This document shows, piece by piece, positions 58,054 through 64,000 of a DNA stretch of 64,000 nt. The DNA is taken from the NCBI RefSeq assembly GCF_038025025.1, contig NW_027117348.1, forward strand, positions 248,001 to 312,000, given 5' to 3'. Source of the stretch: Phyllosticta citribraziliensis (Eukaryota). Below the pieces are notes generated by a model. It did no database searches. It was not told where the DNA came from and saw only the letters and a program-made list of their open reading frames with translations. Within the stretch, counting starts at the first letter, position 1. The number at the start of each line of letters is the position of its first letter. A program made the position numbers and the translations under genes.

Positions 58054-61000
58054 GGTTGCGGATAGACGTATGGTGAAGTGTGGAGTGGAATTGCCTGCGC
58101 AGTCGAGCGGGAAGCGCAAGTGATGCGGTGCCTCTCGCGGTGTGTCGAGGTCGCCCTGCCGTCTAGACCAAGCGTCGGACGGCTCAGAAACTTGGAACGG
58201 CGCTCAGCTGCTGCGGGCTGACGGCTCGAGCGTGGGAGCTCTTGGGACGGGCACTTGGCTGCGGCAGCGTAGCACAAGACGAGGGGTGAGGTGCGCTCTG
58301 TGGTTTGCTGGCTGGTCGTTGGGAGGGGTAGCACGCGGCGGTGGGTTCTTCTTGGGACGCTTCGCACGTTTCAACTTGGTCGGATCGGTCGCATCGCGCT
58401 CCTCGGTGATGGGATCCGGCAGTTTTCGATCGCGTCTGGGCCAGTTTTGGAGAAACTCGCAAGTGTGGTGAGCGCGGCCATGGGCTTATGTATAGTGCGG
58501 ACGGGAACCCCTCCACGTCGAGGCTCGCCGTGCCAACCATCGTCACGTCATGTGCCGTCGTCGTCGACTAGGCGTAGGACGTGCCACTGCGCCAGAGCGC
58601 GCTGCCACGAACCGGCCGGTCGCTGGCTGGCTAGCTAGCTCGGCTCTGCCATGACGCCGCGCTCTCTGTCTCCCCCGCTTCCTGGGCCGCCCACCGCGGT
58701 AGGGTTCCAGCGGACGTGTTTGGTTGTGGCGCGCCCGTGGTTCCGTCGCCAGGGCATGGTCATTGGCCACGCGCGAACCGGTAAGCAGGCTAACACTGGG
58801 CGGGCTTAGCTAGCCGAGTCGTGGCATCAGTTGGTGGGATGGGCCGCAGAGCTCGAGGAGCTAGCGTCGGCTTGGCCTGGTGAGAGTCTGGGGTCCTTTT
58901 TGGGGTTGCTCATGGCAGCACTTTGTCCCTGACAAGTGAATGCACGGCGAGAGGTCTTGATTGCGGATGAGCATCGCCAGGGGAACTTGGGCCACTGCGT
59001 TGGGCAGAACGAGTCCTCCTCGTACGAGAGAGAGAATTCCAGAATCAATCACCACGGACGAAGCAGCCGGTCGAGACGTCACTGCGAGCCAGCCACAAAA
59101 GGTCGACGTCTCGACTGTGTGTTTGGATCGCCGGATGCGGGCGCATGGCGGGTCCCTCGTGGCCAAAAGCCGCAGCTCCAGGCAATTCCAGTCCTCACCT
59201 CGCGTGGGCGGTCGTCGGTTTGAATGTCGTCTTGTTGACGTATTGGCCAGGGTTCATGGTCGAGAAGATGGTGCGGAGAGCGGCTGACCGGGAGCAGTGC
59301 TGTTTGGCTGTTTTAGCTCGTGGCCAGCGCGCCCGAACACCTCAGCAACCTGCTTCTGCGATGCTTCAGGTTCTCCATGACGACTGTTGGCCGCGGTGGT
59401 GGAGGCTCGATGAATGTTTCGATTCGGTTGACTGGTCGTGTTTCCACCTCGCAGCGTCAGCGGCACGTGGTGGGCGAGTTGCTGCAGCTGGCTCCTTTGC
59501 ATGCACGTCATGTACCTGGTGGGTTGCCGAAATAGTCGTGCACCAGTCCCTGTCGTCCCAAATTGGACTGCTTCTGGGGCCATTTGCTTGTGAGAGGAAC
59601 GTACGCGGCAGAGCGGAGCAGCCTCGAAACCGATGCAGACGGCACCAATAGTTCTGCCAATGGTCAGTCGCGCACAGGGCCTCTTTGACTTTGCCGAGGA
59701 GGATAGAGACGGATTCAACCATGGCCTGCAGGACTGTCACTAACATGATAGTTGAGAGGAAGTGATTACTAAGGCGGGCACTAGCGCTTCTTTGACTTTG
59801 TGCCGTCTGACATCAACACCATCGAGTCTTCTTCACTTCGCCAAAGGAAGCTCACGTTGCGGATTCATTGGCTCAGATGGCGTGGAAGAGAGTTGCGCAG
59901 CAATGAATAAGCAGAACCGAACACCCGCTACAACTCGGCTGCTGCAGACGAGCCTGGCGTTTCCAATGCTGCCGAGAATCGCATGAGCGATGAAACCTCC
60001 CCGGCTGTTTCAATCGTCGTACGAAACGCCAGCAAGTAGAATCATCACCGGAACCGAGCCCAAGCCCGGCCTGCCAAGGCATCGACGTCTGGATGAGGGC
60101 GCTGTCAAGCCATGACGACCTTTCCAAATCCCGTCGGCGATAGGGAACTACTGCATCTGCGCGTTGCGAATGAGCTATCCAGAAATCCAGTCACTGAGAA
60201 GCAGAAATAGGCGACACTGCATCCTAACCCACAAAGACGCGTTATCCAACAGCCAAACAGTCCAATCGCAATGGTGTTTGGGGTCCATACGCGCTGGCCG
60301 CTCGGTGACGCGTGCAGTCGAGAAAATCTGGGGCGCACGCGTACTCCTTTCTGGCTACTTTTCGAGCGGCTGGAACGCTTCCAGAAATTCGTGGCAACAC
60401 GCTTGGAATATTTGACTTCCCCGTTCATCGCACCACGACAAATGTGCAGTCCCAGGCTCTCGAACCAACGACATTGACATGCTCGCTGCAGCCGACTGTC
60501 TCGTGCGATTCAATATTCGGCCAGCTCCAACCGATGGGACGCAAGGGATCGCTTGTGGCTGAATTGGATCGTCCACATTCGTCGGGCCTGCCCTGCTTTT
60601 GCGGAATCTCGGAGCCCTGCCCAGGCCAAGGGCTGTCCACGGTCATGGCCGTGGTCGTTGATCGCGCCGCTTCGTCATCATCTGGTCGCACAGCCCGGCA
60701 AAGCCATCTCGGACGCAAGAAAGGCCAGTCTCCTGGTCGGTGGGTTCGGTCAGGTCAGGACGCACAGCAAAGCCAGCAAAGGCCGCAAAGGAGCAAAGGA
60801 GCAAAGGAGCGCTGGGCAATCTCAGGTCGAGGCAGGAGATGCGGATCATGGCCGTTTATCACGGCCGACGACGCAGACAAGGGGCGGCGGCGTGCAGGTC
60901 CGCATCGGGAGACATGTAGCGAGCTGCGTCCAACGTCGCCCATCCACGTATCACAAACCCCGCTCGCCCTGCGTCATTCGTCGACGGTTCCCCCAGGCTC

Positions 61001-61269
61001 TCCCGCCTCTGTCTCGCTCTGTGCCGCCCCTGAGTGGCCCGTATCGTCGTCCCCAGACCGCGAACGGCGGTGGCCTCGCTGCCGACCGTTGGATCGCATA
61101 TTGCTTCTCAGCCCTATCCATGGCCATGGGAGAGCATACAGAGCGCGCGGGCGGAGGACCAGACCGAAGCCGACGGATGGGCTGCGCTGCGCTGCGCTGT
61201 TGCTGTGCCTCGCCGGGCTTCGTAGCAGTCAGTCATTTCTCGTGCGGCCTCTGCGATGATAGGATGCGT

Positions 61270-61276
61270 TATATAA
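61270..61276 (+). promoter_or_regulatory. TATA box
   Basis: TATATAA ~125 nt upstream of ATG 61399. Confidence 0.45.
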
Positions 61277-61398
61277 CCCCCAGGCTGCGGCCCCCAACGA
61301 CGCGCCCCCGAGTTGAAAGCCTGCCGTGCTGGCAAGCCGCTGCTAAGGACTACAACACCGTGCTTTGAAACCTGCAACCCGCCAACTACCTTACCGCC

Positions 61399-63501
61399 AT
61401 GGTCGGCGTTCCCAAAAGCACGGCCTGTGCCACGTGCAAGTCGAGGAAGATCAGGGTACGTCCATCCATCCATCCATCCGTCGTGGCCTGACACGAGAGA
61501 GCTCCACGCGCCCGCCCGCGTCGTCTCACCACTCACTGCCCTATACATACTCATCCCGCGAACAGTGCGACCAAAAGTGGCCAACCTGCGAACGGTGCCA
61601 GCGGAGCGGACTCGACTGCCCGGGGCCCTCCAACCCGCACGCAAAGTTTGTCGACGAGCGGCCCAGGCACTACCGCGCGTCCATTTCCAGCGACGACGAA
61701 CCGTCCTCTCCCGCCGCGAGCCATGCCCCGTGCACCAGCCTCGAGCCCATCCGGACCCGGTACGAGCACGATGGCTCCATGTACAGCACCTTTCGCATCG
61801 TCAGGGAGGGCAGCAGCAGCAGCGAAGGCTCCCCGACCAGCGAGTCTGAAGAAGCAACCTCGCCAGCGCTCTCGACGAGGGTCCAGTCGCCTCCTCGCAG
61901 GGCGAGGCCCTCGCCGCCGCCACGGTGGGTCTACCCGCATCGACAGCTCCCATGGTCGCCCGTGGACAGAATCACGCACCGTTTCGTCAAGACGCTCCGC
62001 GAACAGGGTGCCTCGAACCAGATGACGCTGTTTGGCCCGTTCATCGCGCAGGTCCCGACGCGGCTGGGCTCGACAAGGGCGCTCCGGGACGCCGCCCAGT
62101 GCCTGATTGCTACCCACGAGGCCGTCATCCTCCGCAAGAGCGGCGACGGCATCAACCTGGAGCTCTACGTCAAGGCCTTGGGCAGTCTGCGCGCCGCCAT
62201 CATCAACCCGGTCAAGTCCGAGTTGACGTCGACCCTATGCGCGTCAGCCTTGCTGGCCATTACCGAAGCCTACGTGCGTCCCCAACACTCTTTCTAGACG
62301 CATGCTGATTGATGCAGGCGGTGGGCACCGTCGGGACGAACCGCAACTTCGTCACGCACCTGGGCGGCGCGGCCAGCATCTTGCAGAAGCTGGGCCCTGG
62401 AGTCTTTAAGAATGCCCAATCATTTGAGAGGGGCGTTCTGCGAGCCATTACGGTCGGAGTGGTAAGTCCTGGCTAGGCAAAGCAAAGGCCCAATCCTGAC
62501 TCTTTCAGGGACTCGACGCTCTGTTCGGCGACAAGGACGACATTCTCTGCAGCCCCGAGTGGGAAGAGGTCGCCTTTGACACGACCGGCCTGCAGGAGCC
62601 GCGCCTCTCCCTCAACAAGCTCATGCGCGCCATGTCCTTTCTCCCCTCGCTCAGTCACGACATGAGAGCGTGCGAAGCTGGGTCGACGGACCCACACGTC
62701 ACGCCTGCCTGCCTCTACAGGCGCGCTTTAGCTCTTCGCGTCATGGTGGATGAGGTGACGCCCTATATTTTGGAAACGCTCAAAGATCATGACCGCGTTC
62801 TGCTGCTCCCTTCAGACGCATGCTCCATCTGGAAACACGCCTTCTTCTACTCGGACTACGGGACGGCCTTTGCATGCTGGTTCTACTGGAACATGAGCAT
62901 GGTCGCTTTGAGCATCGTGATTGGCATCCACCGACGGCCGCACTGGGCGGCGCAGCTCGGCGGCGACCGCCAGCCGGACGAGACCATCGACCAGCTCGAG
63001 CGCGAGTGCGTCGAGATGGCGCAAAAGACGGCCATGAGCTGGGAGCACGCCATGCGCACCCGGCCGCTGGGCACCATGTACCACGACTTTGGGCTGATCA
63101 TGGCCTTCAACGTCTTCGGCGCGTACGGCTCGTCCGACGCGGCCACCTATTCGGCGGGGGAGCTGCAGGACTGGTGCTTTGCGGCGCTGAAGCAGCTCGC
63201 GTACAGCAACCGCTCGCCGCGCGGCTACTCGCGCAGCAGCACCCCCTTCTTCGCCGCCCCCGACCACGCCGACCCCCTTGCCACGCAGGACTCTTCCTCC
63301 GACAACATGCAGTGGAACCCGCGGCACCTCGAGTGGTTCGGCGCCTGGTGTACGGGCGGCTGCCTCGGCCGCTGCGACGTCCCCGACCCCCGCAACGACG
63401 TCTCTCGCAGCGCTGGCCGCGACGCCGACAACGCCAAGGACTTTCTCGTGCTGCCGCCCAACGGCCTCCGGATACCGTGGCCCAGCACGCGGAGAGTCTA
63501 G
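61399..63501 (+). CDS. Zn(II)2Cys6 transcription factor
   Basis: MVGVPKSTACATCKSRKIR-CDQKWPTCERCQRSGLDCPG. Exons 61399-61455, 61566-62273, 62318-62461, 62509-63501, all in frame. Confidence 0.92.
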
Positions 63502-64000
63502 GCCGGTTGAGATTCGCCGTGTCAGTGTTTGATTTGTCTTTGCATGCATGGCGCGGCGTTGGTGGTTGATGGGTTTGGACTCCCTTTCTTTCTCTTGCCG
63601 ATCTTTTTTTCTGGCTCTCCCGTCGTTTCTGTGCCACAATGGCGAGGTGTGCTTCCATTCCTGGGATTCTTTGATACTGTGTCATCTCGTTGCGGGTTTC
63701 CATTCTCTACGCCCAAAATCACACTACATAGTCGTAGCTTTGCGGATGAAACCGCGGCAAATGCTGATACGTACCTGCGTCCAACATCTGAAATAACTCG
63801 TGTTGCATAACCCCTTGCTCTGTTTCCTGCCCACGCATCGCGCCTCCGCGCAGTCGGTTCCCACGCGTCCCGGACGGTTGGTCGTTGGGTCATGCGCAAC
63901 AAAACGCATCCTGCAATCCTTCGCTGCGGATCCACACCCGTCTTCTTGGGTCTTTGTTGCTCGCCGAATCACGGTCGGTCGGTACCGTGGCGCCGGACTG

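Noticed and set aside
58100..61260. Many ORFs up to 315 aa in the long intergenic region
   Set aside because: Arg/Ser/Pro-rich non-coding-like translations; more likely regulatory DNA between the defensin-like and transcription factor genes.
1..64000. CRISPR arrays, rRNA, tRNA, intact transposons
   Set aside because: None seen by eye; tRNAscan and Infernal were not run.

Overview
Eukaryotic DNA from a filamentous ascomycete. The short GT-AG introns with CTRAC branch sites and the gene content suggest a Dothideomycete; that is an inference. Conserved-looking genes occupy both flanks. Left flank: two F-box-like/DUF7730-type paralogs, a sterol glucosyltransferase-like GT1, a membrane aspartic-protease-fold protein and a mucin-like surface protein. 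Right flank: a mitochondrial hypothetical protein, an ATP-grasp protein, an AEP2/ATP13-like PPR protein, an ABCA transporter and a Zn2Cys6 transcription factor. The middle (~15-45 kb) is an accessory zone of decayed genes: two His-Cys-box endonuclease relics, a DUF6604 pseudogene, a copia remnant and an MBD4-like glycosylase pseudogene. A few intact genes are interspersed there (alpha/beta hydrolase, PTH11-like, FMO-DUF6314). The main candidate novel system is a tandem minus-strand array at 36.3-45.0 kb of six intronless paralogous loci: three intact, two disabled and one fragment. Each complete member has two tandem ~90-aa repeats resembling the retrotransposon Gag capsid C-terminal domain plus a basic tail, with no pol or LTR, suggesting a domesticated capsid-like gene family. 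Manual splicing also recovered two genes that the ORF track splits: a secreted CS-alpha-beta defensin-like protein and a single-pass membrane protein starting with the LANA-type motif MRLRSGR. All family assignments are by motif recognition; no searches were run.
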